From the NCBI GenBank assembly GCA_964016885.1, contig OZ024740.1, positions 322,710,001 to 322,774,000 of the forward strand: a stretch of DNA of 64,000 bases, written 5' to 3'. The position numbers and the translations under genes were made by a program. This document shows positions 12,502 through 24,546 of the stretch, in pieces; position 1 is the stretch's first letter; every line of letters begins with the position of its first letter. Source of the DNA: Eledone cirrhosa (taxonomy: Eukaryota). The notes beneath the pieces were generated by a model that did no database searches, was not told the origin of the DNA, and saw only the letters and a program-made list of their open reading frames with translations.

Positions 12502-12838
12502 GTGAGAAGTGTGTGGGAACAGAGTTCAAAGGGTGTGTAGGGGAGTGGTGGAGAGACATATAGCGAAAGGAAACGGTGCGAATGAAAAAATAAAAAATAA
12601 AGATAAAAATAAAAATAAAGCATGATCAAAATACAAGGAATGAGATAAATTTAAATACATATATATATATACATATATATATATAAATATATATATACAT
12701 ACTTTCCCACGTATATATATACATATATACGTAAGCAAACAGACAGACAGGCATACACACACACATATATATATATGTATATATATGCCCGTCTGTCTGT
12801 TTGCCTAACTGGCCGACAGGCAGTCTGTCTCTCTCCAC

Positions 12839-12900
<62 letters not shown>

Positions 12901-13038
12901 GTCTGTCTGTCTGTCCGCCTGCCGGCCCGACTGTTTCGCTGTCTCTCTCTCTTCCCCCTCCTCTATCTCTGTCTATCTATATATCTACCTACTTACTTAA
13001 ACCTATCTTATCTGCTTGTCTATCTAGCCATCTCTCTC

Positions 13039-13127
<89 letters not shown>

Positions 13128-13131
<4 letters not shown>

Positions 13132-13380
13132 AAGTTTGCAATTTTCAACTGTGAAAATTGTGAAAATTGTGAAAATTGTGAAAATTGTGAAAATTTCACA
13201 GTTGAAAATTGCAAACTTGACTGTCACCACAGAATATGAACCTGAAGATTGCGAAAGCATGAGTACTTGTTCATTTAACATTTAACATTCTACCATACTA
13301 TTTCATTATAATAACATTATAATTTTAAAGGATTGTAAATAAAACGAGTAAATCAGACAAAGTTGGAATTCCTTTTATTA
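13128..13380 (+). mobile_element. Fold-back mini-element with an HHR-like motif in its tail
   Basis: Arms AGTCAAGTTTGCAATTTTCAACTGTGAAA and its inverse enclose (TGTGAAAAT)x5; follows (TA)n. Confidence 0.75.
13236..13274 (+). ncRNA. Stem-II-less hammerhead-like motif
   Basis: AUGAAC-CUGAAGA-UUGC-GAAA-G...C-UU-GUUCAU, with a 6-bp stem I and intact core boxes. Confidence 0.6.
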
Positions 13381-13440
13381 ATATAATCTTCTATACACAA
13401 TCATACACACACGTGTATATTTATATATATATATATATAT

Positions 13441-14280
13441 ATTAGAATGATCGAGTATCGAAAAATCGGCGCACGAGTTCACGATAAACAAAATTCGAAA
13501 TGAGCGGCAGAGGGCTCAATAATTCAGATGAATCAGAGCTATAACTATCGTTAAAATACCGTCACACATAGAACAAGTCTAAAATCAACCATACGATAAA
13601 AAATCGATAATAGAAGATTCGGGACAATCAGATAAAAAATATCAATAAAACAATACATCAATAATTTAAATGAATGTAAAATCATACCCGGACCCACTAG
13701 AAAGGTGTTAAATCTAGCTTCTTGGGTTTCTGTAAATCCTTAGACTGTACTCTATCAGCTCACATATAAATATATAAGACTTCTAGAGTAAGCGGACTGG
13801 AAGTTTACTTCTTCAACGAGCTTCGTCCTAGCGGATAAGAGGCTAACTACAAGCAAAATACGCACATGGAATCCGGCAAGGGAGATAACCTCTACATCCG
13901 CGAAAACTATTCGAGGAAATGTGGAAATACACATATCGAATAAAAGTGCTCAATAGACATGTTAAAATAAAACAGGAGCTATTCATCACTCAATAGAATC
14001 GACAAAAAATGAGCAATAAAATTAACTGGTGGATAGCTATGTCCAGAGCTAAAAATATTAGAATGATCGAGTATCGAAAAATCGGTGCACGAGTTCACGA
14101 TAAACAAAATTCGAAATGAGCGGCAGAGGGCTCAATAATTCAGATGAATCAGAGCTATAACTATCGTTAAAATACCGTCACACATAGAACAAGTCTAAAA
14201 TCAACCATACGATAAAAAATCGATAATAGAAGATTCGGGACAATCAGATAAAAAATATCAATAAAACAATACATCAATAA

Positions 14281-14285
<5 letters not shown>
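13441..14285. mobile_element. Non-coding element with 229-bp direct terminal repeats (period 616 bp) in (TA)n
   Basis: 13441-13669 matches 14057-14285, with one substitution seen. Confidence 0.8.
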
Positions 14286-14316
<31 letters not shown>

Positions 14317-14335
14317 AGAGAGAACGAGAGTGAAT

Positions 14336-14418
<83 letters not shown>

Positions 14419-14464
14419 TGAGGTATGAAAAACGTCTGGTGAAATAAGACAGCGTATATGTTTG

Positions 14465-14985
14465 CATGTGATGTGTGTATATGATTTTTGTATGTGATGT
14501 GTGTACGTAATGCATGTATACGTATGTGTGTATGTGATGCGTATATACGTATGTGTGTAAGTAACTGTGTGTATATTTAACGTTGGTATGTGATGTGTGT
14601 ATGTGATATGTGTATACGTATATGTGTGTATGTAACTATGTGTATATGACTTTTGTATGTGGTGCGTGTATACGTATGTGTGTATGTAACTATGTGTATA
14701 TGATTTTTGTATCTGATGTGTGTATGTGATGTGTGTATACGTATGTGTGTATGTAACTATGTGTATCTGATGTGTGTATGTGATGTGTGTATACGTATGT
14801 GTGTATGTAACTGTGTGTATCTGATGTGTGTATGTGATGTGTGTATACGTATGTGTGTATGTAACTGTGTGTATCTGATGTGTGTATGTGATGTGTGTAT
14901 ACGTATGTGTGTATGTAACTGTGTGTATCTGATGTGTGTATGTGATGTGTGTATACGTATGTGTGTATGTAACTGTGTGTATATG
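14465..14985. repeat. 54-bp minisatellite built from GT/AT microsatellite
   Basis: 18-aa periodicity (TVTYTHTYTHITYTHQIH) in the spurious ORF. Confidence 0.85.
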
Positions 14986-15351
14986 AACGGTAATATGTGT
15001 GGACAGAAGGCGAAACATGAAAAATAAGAAAAAAAAGATGAATAAATAAGAAAAATGGAGGAGAAAAAGACAGAAAAAAAGCAAGGAAAAGAAGAAAACT
15101 AGAAAAGTAAGATCAAGAGAAAAGAAATAAGAAGAAAATGAGACGAATAATAATAATAATAATAATGAAGAAGAAGAAGAAGAAGAAGAAGAAGAAGAAG
15201 AAGAAGGAGGGGAGGAGGAGGAAAGTGGTATTGAGTGCTGCCAAAAACTAAGATGCCAGTTGTTTTGCAAATAAACATCTTAATATCAACCAACTTTGAC
15301 ATTTCAATTCCAGTAAATTCTGATATAGGAATAATATTGGAACTGGAATGG

Positions 15352-15660
15352 ACCTCCGTCAGTTTCTGCGACGAATATTTCAGTTGTTCAATCAACCGAA
15401 CAGCTTGCTTGTGAAATTATCGTGTAAAATGGCTGAGACATACCACAAACGTTTGTACTCTGAACGTAATTCTCAGGCAAATTCAGTGTGACACAATGTG
15501 TAACAAGGCTGGCTCTTTGATTTACACATACAGCTCATCTTGTATTATAGTGTAAGTGGCTGGGAATTCCACAGACACGTGTACCATCAACGTAATTATC
15601 AGTGAAATTTGGCATAAAACAGCGACAAGGCTAGCCTTTTGAATTCCAGATACAGTTTTG
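15352..15660 (-). mobile_element. Old SINE (same family as 2556-2872), partly duplicated
   Basis: Inverted homology to 2700-2870 (ACAAGGCTGGC, CCACAGACACGTGTACC). Confidence 0.55.
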
Positions 15661-15893
15661 TAGCTATCGAAATGTCTATCCATTTATTTACCTACGTACC
15701 TACCCACTACCCCCCCCCACTTAACTACCCACCTACCCCTACCCGCCTACCTCTTTCTGTATGTGTGTGCGTATATATAAATACATACACCCATATCTAA
15801 TTATATATATAAACAAGCACACACACACACGTATATATACACACATCCACACACACACGCACATATTTAGATATATGTTTAAACATATATATT

Positions 15894-16021
<128 letters not shown>

Positions 16022-16806
16022 TATATATGTGTAGATATGTATGTTTATATATATATATTATATATATACAGACACATACACTCTCTCACACACACACACA
16101 CGCACACACGCGTGCACGCACGCACGCACACATGCACACACACACACATACACACACCTATATATATATATATATCCATTCATTTATCTCTATTTATTTC
16201 TATTTATTCCATACATTATTTTGATTGTAATATATATTTCGTTTATTAATATGACGTCTGGTTTTCCGTGGAGACTAGAAAAAAGAAGCTGGCAATGCCC
16301 TCAGCATGTGTGGGCCCTTCTGAAATGGAGGGGGTGTTATTCTGGAAAGGGTAAGGTTGGGTAAGAAGTTATGAAGTATGAGTGTGGGCTGGGTGTTCTG
16401 GTGTAGTTTATGGCAGTTATCTTCGTCTTTGGATGAAAAGGAACGCCGGAGATTATAAAAATGGTTGAAACAATTGCAGTAAAAACATATGGCTGTAAGA
16501 AAATCAGGACTATATGAAAGACTGTTCTAGAGATGTCGTCTGTATGTTAGTTTGCTTGTCGTCTGCAGTGAAATGAAGAACATTTGTTATTTAGTTAAAA
16601 AACAGAAAAGGGGCTAGCCGTCAGATCGGAATACGGAAAAAAGTGTTCCATTGGTCTTTCCATTGCTGATACTATTTGACAACCGCGAAATAAAGTATTT
16701 TGTCCAAGAACACAACATGCCGCCAATGTATAAGTTAAATAATTTGAATAAAATAAAAGACGGAATTTTGTTAAAACTTAATATTATGAGACACTCTTAC
16801 AAACCA

Positions 16807-16918
<112 letters not shown>

Positions 16919-16919
16919 C

Positions 16920-16958
<39 letters not shown>

Positions 16959-17134
16959 TCCCTCTCACTAACTATATATATATATATATATAATCTAAGT
17001 TTTTCGAATATTAATAATAACATTCGATTTGTTTGCAATTATGCAAACAAGCCTAATTTTTAACGCCATGTCTGTAGCATGTCATGCTCTTGTGTTGGCA
17101 TGTAAACAGAACTGCGAATATATATATATATATT

Positions 17135-17313
<179 letters not shown>

Positions 17314-17316
17314 GTA

Positions 17317-17358
<42 letters not shown>

Positions 17359-17658
17359 TTCATACACATGCACGTATTCATATATACATATACATATATA
17401 AAATGTTTTAAAATAAACATACAGTTTATTATTAAATATGCAATACGTACATTCACATATACATCGCATTTCAGAGGTCCAACACAAACACACACACAGA
17501 CACACACAGACACACACAGACACACACAGACACACACACATATATAAATATATATATACTATATATACATACATACACATGCACATATTTATATCTATAT
17601 ATGCATATATTTCATAACAGCGGAGAGTTATTGAAACCAATTCGTTCGAGTGTTGTAG

Positions 17659-17811
<153 letters not shown>

Positions 17812-17983
17812 ACACTCGATATATATATATATATATATGAGTGTGTGTGTGGGTGTGTGTGTATAAGAAATATGAAAATGATCTTGCGGAACATTGCTGG
17901 CAGATCTGAAGTTCCAGACTTACCACTTTGATCGATGTTGCGAGGACGAAAACATTTCTGGAATATTATTCCTTTGTAACAGT

Positions 17984-19140
17984 CACCACCACCTCCACCA
18001 CCTCCACCTCCACCGCCTCTACCTCCACCACCACCACCTCCACCACCTCCACCTCCACCTCCACCACCACCACCTCCACCACCTCCACCACCTCCACCTC
18101 CACCGCTATTACTACCATCACCACCTCCACCACCACCACCACCACCACTACCACCATCACCACCACCACCTCCACCACTATTACTACCACTATCACCACC
18201 ACCACCACTATTACTACCACCATCACCACCACCACCACTATTACTACCACCATCACCACCACCACCACCATCTCCACCACTATTACTACCACCATCACCA
18301 CCACCACCTCCACCACTATTACTACCACCACCACCACCACCTCCACCACTATTACCACCACCACCACCACCTCCACCACTATTACTACCACCACCACCAC
18401 CACCATCACCACCACCACCACCACCACCACCACCACCACCAGCACCAGCACCACCAGCACCACCACCACCACCACCAGCACCAGCACCACAAGCACCACC
18501 ACCACCTCCACCACTATTACTACCACCACCACCTCTACCACTATTACTACCACCACCACCACCACCTCCACCACTATTACTACCACCACCACCACCACCT
18601 CCACCACTATTACTACCACCACCACCTCCACCACTATTACTACCACCATCAGCACCACCACCACCTCCACCACTATTACTACCACCATCAGCACCACCAC
18701 CACCACCACCAGCACCACCACCACCACCACCTCCACCACTATTACTACCACCACCACCACCACCTCCACCACTACCACCACCATCACCACCACCACCACC
18801 ACCACCACCTCCACCTCCACCACTTTTACTACCACCACCACCACCACCACCACCACCACCTCCACCACTATTACTACCACCACCACCACCACCACCACCA
18901 CCACCTCCACCACTATTACCACCAGCACCACCACCACCACCAACACCACCTCCACCACTATTACCACCAGCACCACCACCACCTCCACCACTATTACTAC
19001 CAGCACCACCACCAACACCACCTCCACCACTATTACCACCAGCACCACCAGCACCTCCACCACTATTACCACCAGCACCACCACCACCACCAACAACAAC
19101 ATCAACAATAACAACAACAGCAGCAACAGCGACAACACCC
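17984..19140. repeat. (ACC)n-derived cryptic triplet repeat with ACTATTACT variants
   Basis: Read directly. Open in several frames because of its composition. Confidence 0.9.
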
Positions 19141-19402
19141 ACACCCACACACACACACATATATAGGCAGATAGATAGAGACAGACAGATGGATAGATCG
19201 ATACGTACATAAATATGGAGGTAAAAAGAATTACATGCATTCACTCCAACACGCATGTATGTATATATATGTAACACATGATATATATTTATATATATAT
19301 AGGAAAAAGTATGACCCCGAAGGCAGAGCTCAAGCCGTTTCGTTATATATATATATATATATATATATCGGCTTGAGCTCAGCCGTCGGGGTCTTACTTG
19401 TT

Positions 19403-19456
<54 letters not shown>

Positions 19457-19596
19457 TAGAAGGGGTATTTAATTTGTTGGAAATCCGACAAATATAAATA
19501 TAAATGTGTATAACTGATTTAGAGCACTCAACAGTAGCCTGGAGTAAATATTCAATGATATTAAATAAATGGAAACTATATTTATAAAACCATATT

Positions 19597-19659
19597 TATT
19601 TTATTATATATATTTCAAGTGTACCAAAAGACTTTGGTACGCTTTCTTCAGATAAAATA
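19597..19659 (-). ncRNA. Type I hammerhead ribozyme at the 3' end of PLE1
   Basis: Reverse complement is UAUUUUAU-CUGAAGA-AAGcGUACCAAA..UUUGGUACaCUU-GAAA-UAUAUA-UA-AUAAAAUA: 8-bp stem I, long stem II, palindromic minimal stem III. Confidence 0.85.
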
Positions 19660-20371
19660 CAAAGTTCGTTTTATAAATAGGAAAATCATACCTTATCAGT
19701 TGGATATTCTCTGGATTGTGGAAATGTATTAGGGATTTTTCAAACTTATGGGTGAATATGCAAATGAATATGTAAATAATTGAAAAACAACCGTTTATTT
19801 AAACGACTATGGAGAGAGAGAAGAGAGAAGAGAAGAAGGACAAAATAGTGAGAGAGAGAAAGAAGGAAAAAAAGCGAAGATGAATAAAATAACTCATATA
19901 ACGTTAATTTGAGGGAAATATATTCGAACAATTATCTATGTATATATGTAAATATATATATCTTAATAATATGTGTATTTATATTAAAAGGATATTTTAC
20001 GATTATTAGTTGTTTAAATTTTGTTTATAATATATTTTTCATTCGTTTATAAGTAGATAAATAAATAAATAAATAAATAAATAGATGGGTATATCATGTT
20101 ATAGATAGTTGTTCTAATGAGTTATGAGGGATATTGGTTTTATGTAAATAAATATGTATTTAAAATTGAGAATGTTTTAAAATTAAATTAAATTAAATTC
20201 AATTAACTGAGTTAAGTAGGAATATTTATATTTATATGATTGAAAAGGGAAGATAAGGAAAAAACTCCGGTTTTATTTATTTATTTGTTAGTGTGAGACT
20301 ATTTAGTCAAAATAAGTATGGATGTTTAAGATACATTTAGCCAGAATCAGTTAGTGGTTATTAATCTATTG

Positions 20372-20520
20372 GAAAAATAATATTGAAAAAATATTGAGAA
20401 AATATTGAAAAAGTATTGAAAAAATATTGAAAAAATATATTGAAAAAAATATTGAAAATAAATATTGAAAAAATATTGAAAAAATATTGAAAAAATATTG
20501 AAAAAATATTGAAAAAATAA
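20372..20520. repeat. 11-bp repeat (GAAAAAATATT)n inside the PLE1 3'UTR
   Basis: Read directly. Confidence 0.85.
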
Positions 20521-21073
20521 AAAAAAATGTTAAGAAATTTTGAGGAAAATTTTGAAAAAATGTTTGAGAAAATAAAAAAAAAAAAGTTTTTTTAAGATAT
20601 AAGTAATTTTTAGAGAAATAAAAAAATTATTAATATTAAAATTAAAATTAAAATTTAAAAAATATAAAAAAAAAATTAGAATTATATACGTATATATTAT
20701 ATGAACATTTTAAAGAAAATGTTTAAGAAGTGGAAGTACAGCAAATGTTAGAAATATGATTTAGAGATATCAATATATTAAAACCAAGTAGATGAGATTG
20801 TTATGGAGATTAATAGGAATATTATAAGTATAAATGGAAAAAAATGAAACGTAATTTCATTTCTCACTCTTAGTACGGCTGTTACTTAAATATAAGTATG
20901 TATACGTACAGTAGTATGTATATATATACATACATGCACACATATATATATGTACGTATGGATTTACCGAGCATTTATTATAATGCTCAGTTTGTTTGTA
21001 AACAAACATCCCGAATTAAGCCGTACAGTGTTTAGCAACCATCGTTGCCCTTTTGTTCAACACTGACAAAGGA

Positions 21074-21116
21074 ACGATGTATTAGTTTCAAGCTTATTAG
21101 CTATCGTCAGCACCGT
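21074..21116 (-). ncRNA. Minimal hammerhead ribozyme (inverted copy)
   Basis: ACGGUG-CUGACGA-UAGCUAAUAAGCUU-GAAACUAAUA-CAUCGU. Confidence 0.7.
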
Positions 21117-21378
21117 ATACCTTTAATATGCATAAGGAAAGTATATACATACTACTGTACGTCTGTATACATATATGTATGTACGTATACATACTTATAT
21201 TTAAGTAACAGCCGTACTAAGAGTGAGAAATGAAATTTCGTTTCATTTTATTCCATTTATCGTTTTCGGTGCGCCCGGCCGATTAACTCACTCGATATGC
21301 AAATTAGGCTACTCAGCCGTTAATATGCATAAGGAAAGTATATACTTTCAGACGTTCAATCATCTGGTAGGAACGTAT

Positions 21379-21421
21379 ACGGTGCTGACGATAGCTAATA
21401 AGCTTGAAACTAGTACGCCGT
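21379..21421 (+). ncRNA. Minimal hammerhead ribozyme
   Basis: ACGGUG-CUGACGA-UAGCUAAUAAGCUU-GAAACUAGUA-CGCCGU: 6-bp stem I and palindromic ACUAGU stem III. Confidence 0.8.
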
Positions 21422-22770
21422 TCCTTTGTCAGTGTTGAACAAAAGGGCAACGATGGTTGCTAAACACTGTACGGTTTAATTCGGGATGTTTGTTTACAAA
21501 CAAACTGAGCATTATAATAAATGCTCGGTAAATCCATACATACATATATATATGTGTGCATGTATGTATATATATACATACTACTGTACGTCTGTATACA
21601 TATATGTATGTACGTATACATACTTATATTATAAGTATAATTATAAGTTATATATAGTTCCGAATGTTGAATTCTGGCGATGTCTACAAGAATTAAATAA
21701 ATTCGTTCTTAGATTAATAGAGTTTTTACAGTTACGTATACAAAAAATTTCCTCAATACACAATTTTCAGAATCTAGATAAAGCTGTGTTCGGTACGCGG
21801 GTGCTTTGTGAAACTGTTTCCCAAGCTAATGAATAGTCTATATTCTTGCATTTTAAGTTCCATATCAGGTTTGAAAGAGAAGTTGAAGATATTTTATCAA
21901 ATCTTCGGAAAGAAAAATTGTGGTTATTCCAGCGAATTTTAAATTCTGTAGAAGTTGCACCGACATAGTTAAATATATTATCACTAGTTTTGACTGTGCA
22001 TTCATAGACCACGTTTTTATCTAAACACTTATTTTGTAGAGGACAGTTTGATTTAATTCTACAGTTACATTTTGTGGAGTTGTTGTTGCTAGGAACGTAC
22101 TATTGCTAGAATTATTACTGCTATTTTGGTTATTTTGGTTAGGGTTTAAATTTAAGTTTCTATTATTAATTCTATTTATATGTTGTGCTTTGTTCATAGT
22201 AGTAGAGTAGGATAGTTTTATAGTATGTCTGTTAAAGATTGAGTGGTATCTGTGGGCTTTAGGAAAACATTTGTCTAGTGCTTTAAAGAATAGCTTTGCT
22301 AAAGGTGTTTTAACGCTTAATGAGAATGGGGGTGAGTACCAAATAATATTTCTAGTTCTAGTTCTTCTGTTAGTTTTAGAGTTTAAGTTAAATTTTTTAT
22401 TATTATTACAATTAATAGTAGGGTGATTTCCCTTATTATTGTTGTCGATGTATTTAATCTTATTTATATACCCTGCTCTATTTAAAGCTTCATTATAATA
22501 TTCAGCCTTATCATAAAAAATGTTTTTATTAGCGGAGATGCGTGAAATCCGTTGTTGGACACAATTGACAATAGTGTTCTTGTGTTCTTGATAGATCTAG
22601 GATGATTAGAGTTAAAACTTACATAGTTTAGATTCTCATTAATTTTATGGAAATGATAGTAGAGCCTTGTGCTAAGGTTTAATGTTACGTCTAAAAAGTT
22701 AACGATTTTATAGTTATTCTCTATTTCTAACTTAAGGTTGTAGTTATTGAAGAGTTGTATTATCAAGTTT

Positions 22771-23078
22771 TATGAAAGGTGGGTGAAAGTGGCGAGAATG
22801 GCCCGAGTGAATGGGCCTTCTCTTTATATCAGCCTGTAGGTTGAGGAAAAGGAGGAGGAGAGGAAAGGAGTACAAGCTCTTCGTACTCCTGGAGATGAGG
22901 GTTGCACATTTTTTTCGGGGGTCTGTGTTACCCATATAAACTGTCTCCCTCTATTGGGGAAAATCGACTAACTTTTAAATTCCATCTGTGATAACATTTT
23001 ACACGTTTTTATTGTATGTAAACTTCCCCCTTTGTATTTGTCCCCTTCTTTTGTGCCCCTGTGGCTAATAAAGAAATA
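22771..23078 (+). mobile_element. 3' end of a LINE (L1/Tx1-like)
   Basis: Pyrimidine-rich 3'UTR ending AATAAAGAAA before (TATC)n; a similar end is seen at about 62400-62750. Confidence 0.4.
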
Positions 23079-23109
<31 letters not shown>

Positions 23110-23464
23110 ATACCTACCTACCTACCTACCTACCGAAACCTACCTACCTACCTACCGAAACCTACCTACCTACCTACCTACCTACCTACCCATCTATCTT
23201 TGTAGTCTATAACGTTACTGTCCCAATAAAGAAAGGGTTGCTTCAGGTTACATAATCATCAGTGACATCTACCAATGTGTATTGAAACCTTATAGCTTTA
23301 GAATTAGAGAGCGTGCGACAGATCCTATCGTCAAACCTTGAAGTAGTTTCTACATAGAATCGAAATCGTGTCTCAGATTTAATAGTTTGGCCATTAAGAT
23401 ATGTATTATTTCACTAGTATACGCGCACAGATATATAGATAGATAAACAGATATATAAATATAT

Positions 23465-23565
<101 letters not shown>

Positions 23566-23596
23566 TACATACATACATACATACATACATACATAC

Positions 23597-24208
23597 ATGG
23601 TGGCTGCCAACTCGTTTTCGAGTACGGCCACTACTTTATATCCATGTAGGAGAACCCCTACCGATGCGCTGAACGAGTGTGACTTTTTAGTCCAGCCAGC
23701 GACTTGAAAACTCTGGTACAAACACCACACTTGTGACAATTATTGACACATAGTGCTGGGCCCATGGTAGCATGTGACGACAAGTGCAGAGAGATCTCCA
23801 GATATAAAGCAATGCCTGTGGCGTGAAGCTTTTATAGTGAGCAAAGGCACTGCACAAAGCCAGTCCCACTCTCTTAACCAAGATGATATTTACCAAAAAG
23901 AAGAACAAGTCAACATCATTGGATACCATCAGGGTTGCACGTGTTATATCAGAGTTTTCCTTCTCCTAGAATTCTGCCTTGACAAAGGCTAAGGGGTCAT
24001 CTCTCCCGGTGATTTTGGATGGCCATTGACTCTTAAGAGCTCCTTTGCCCTTTGACAAGTTTTGTTTTTAGTCCTGCAGGATGTCCAAAGTCACCCCCCT
24101 CACCAAGAAACCTTGGTGGGGTTGCCAGTTTAGTCGCCAACGACCCAACCATGAGACAGGTTGTACTGGGATACATGTTACCAGTAGCACCAACTGGTGA
24201 CCTGACCA
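23597..24208 (-). mobile_element. Bipartite RTE-derived non-autonomous retroelement, copy 2
   Basis: Minus strand 23735-23658 reads HKCGVCTRVFKSLAGLKSHTRSAHR* (intact C2H2); (ATGT)n tail; matches 9768-10376. Confidence 0.8.
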
Positions 24209-24270
24209 TAATACATACATACATACATACATACATACATACATACATACATACATACATACATACATAC

Positions 24271-24350
24271 ATGGTGGCTGCCAACTCGTTTTCGAGTACG
24301 GCCACTACTTTATATCCATGTAGGAGAACCCCTACCGATGCGCTGAACGA
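24271..24350 (-). mobile_element. 5'-truncated 80-bp copy of the same element
   Basis: Matches 23597-23676. Keeping only this end supports the minus-strand orientation. Confidence 0.85.
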
Positions 24351-24494
24351 TATACATACATATATACATACATACATATATATATATATAGTCTGGAACT
24401 AACTGTTGAAACGGATTTTTATAATATAACCATTCTCTACGACCCCAAATATCGAGTACTCTGTTGAGTAATGGTGTAACTAGTATTAAACTGG

Positions 24495-24546
<52 letters not shown>

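Larger units (their letters stand above)
20834..21625. mobile_element. Nested non-coding HHR-bearing element with inverted and tandem units and a 15-bp TSD
   Basis: ATATTATAAGTATAA occurs at 20819-20833 and 21626-21640. 20830-21120 is the inverse of 21375-21590 plus 21180-21260. Confidence 0.75.
19457..22770 (-). mobile_element. Penelope-like element 1, 5'-truncated (RT C-half, thumb, CxCx5C linker, GIY-YIG, long 3'UTR, HHR)
   Basis: NFLDVTLNL, SNHP, IIWYSPPFS, CNCRIKSNCPLQNKC, VVY..YVG..FKIRW, CRH; ends in (TA)n. About 2 frameshifts. Confidence 0.9.
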
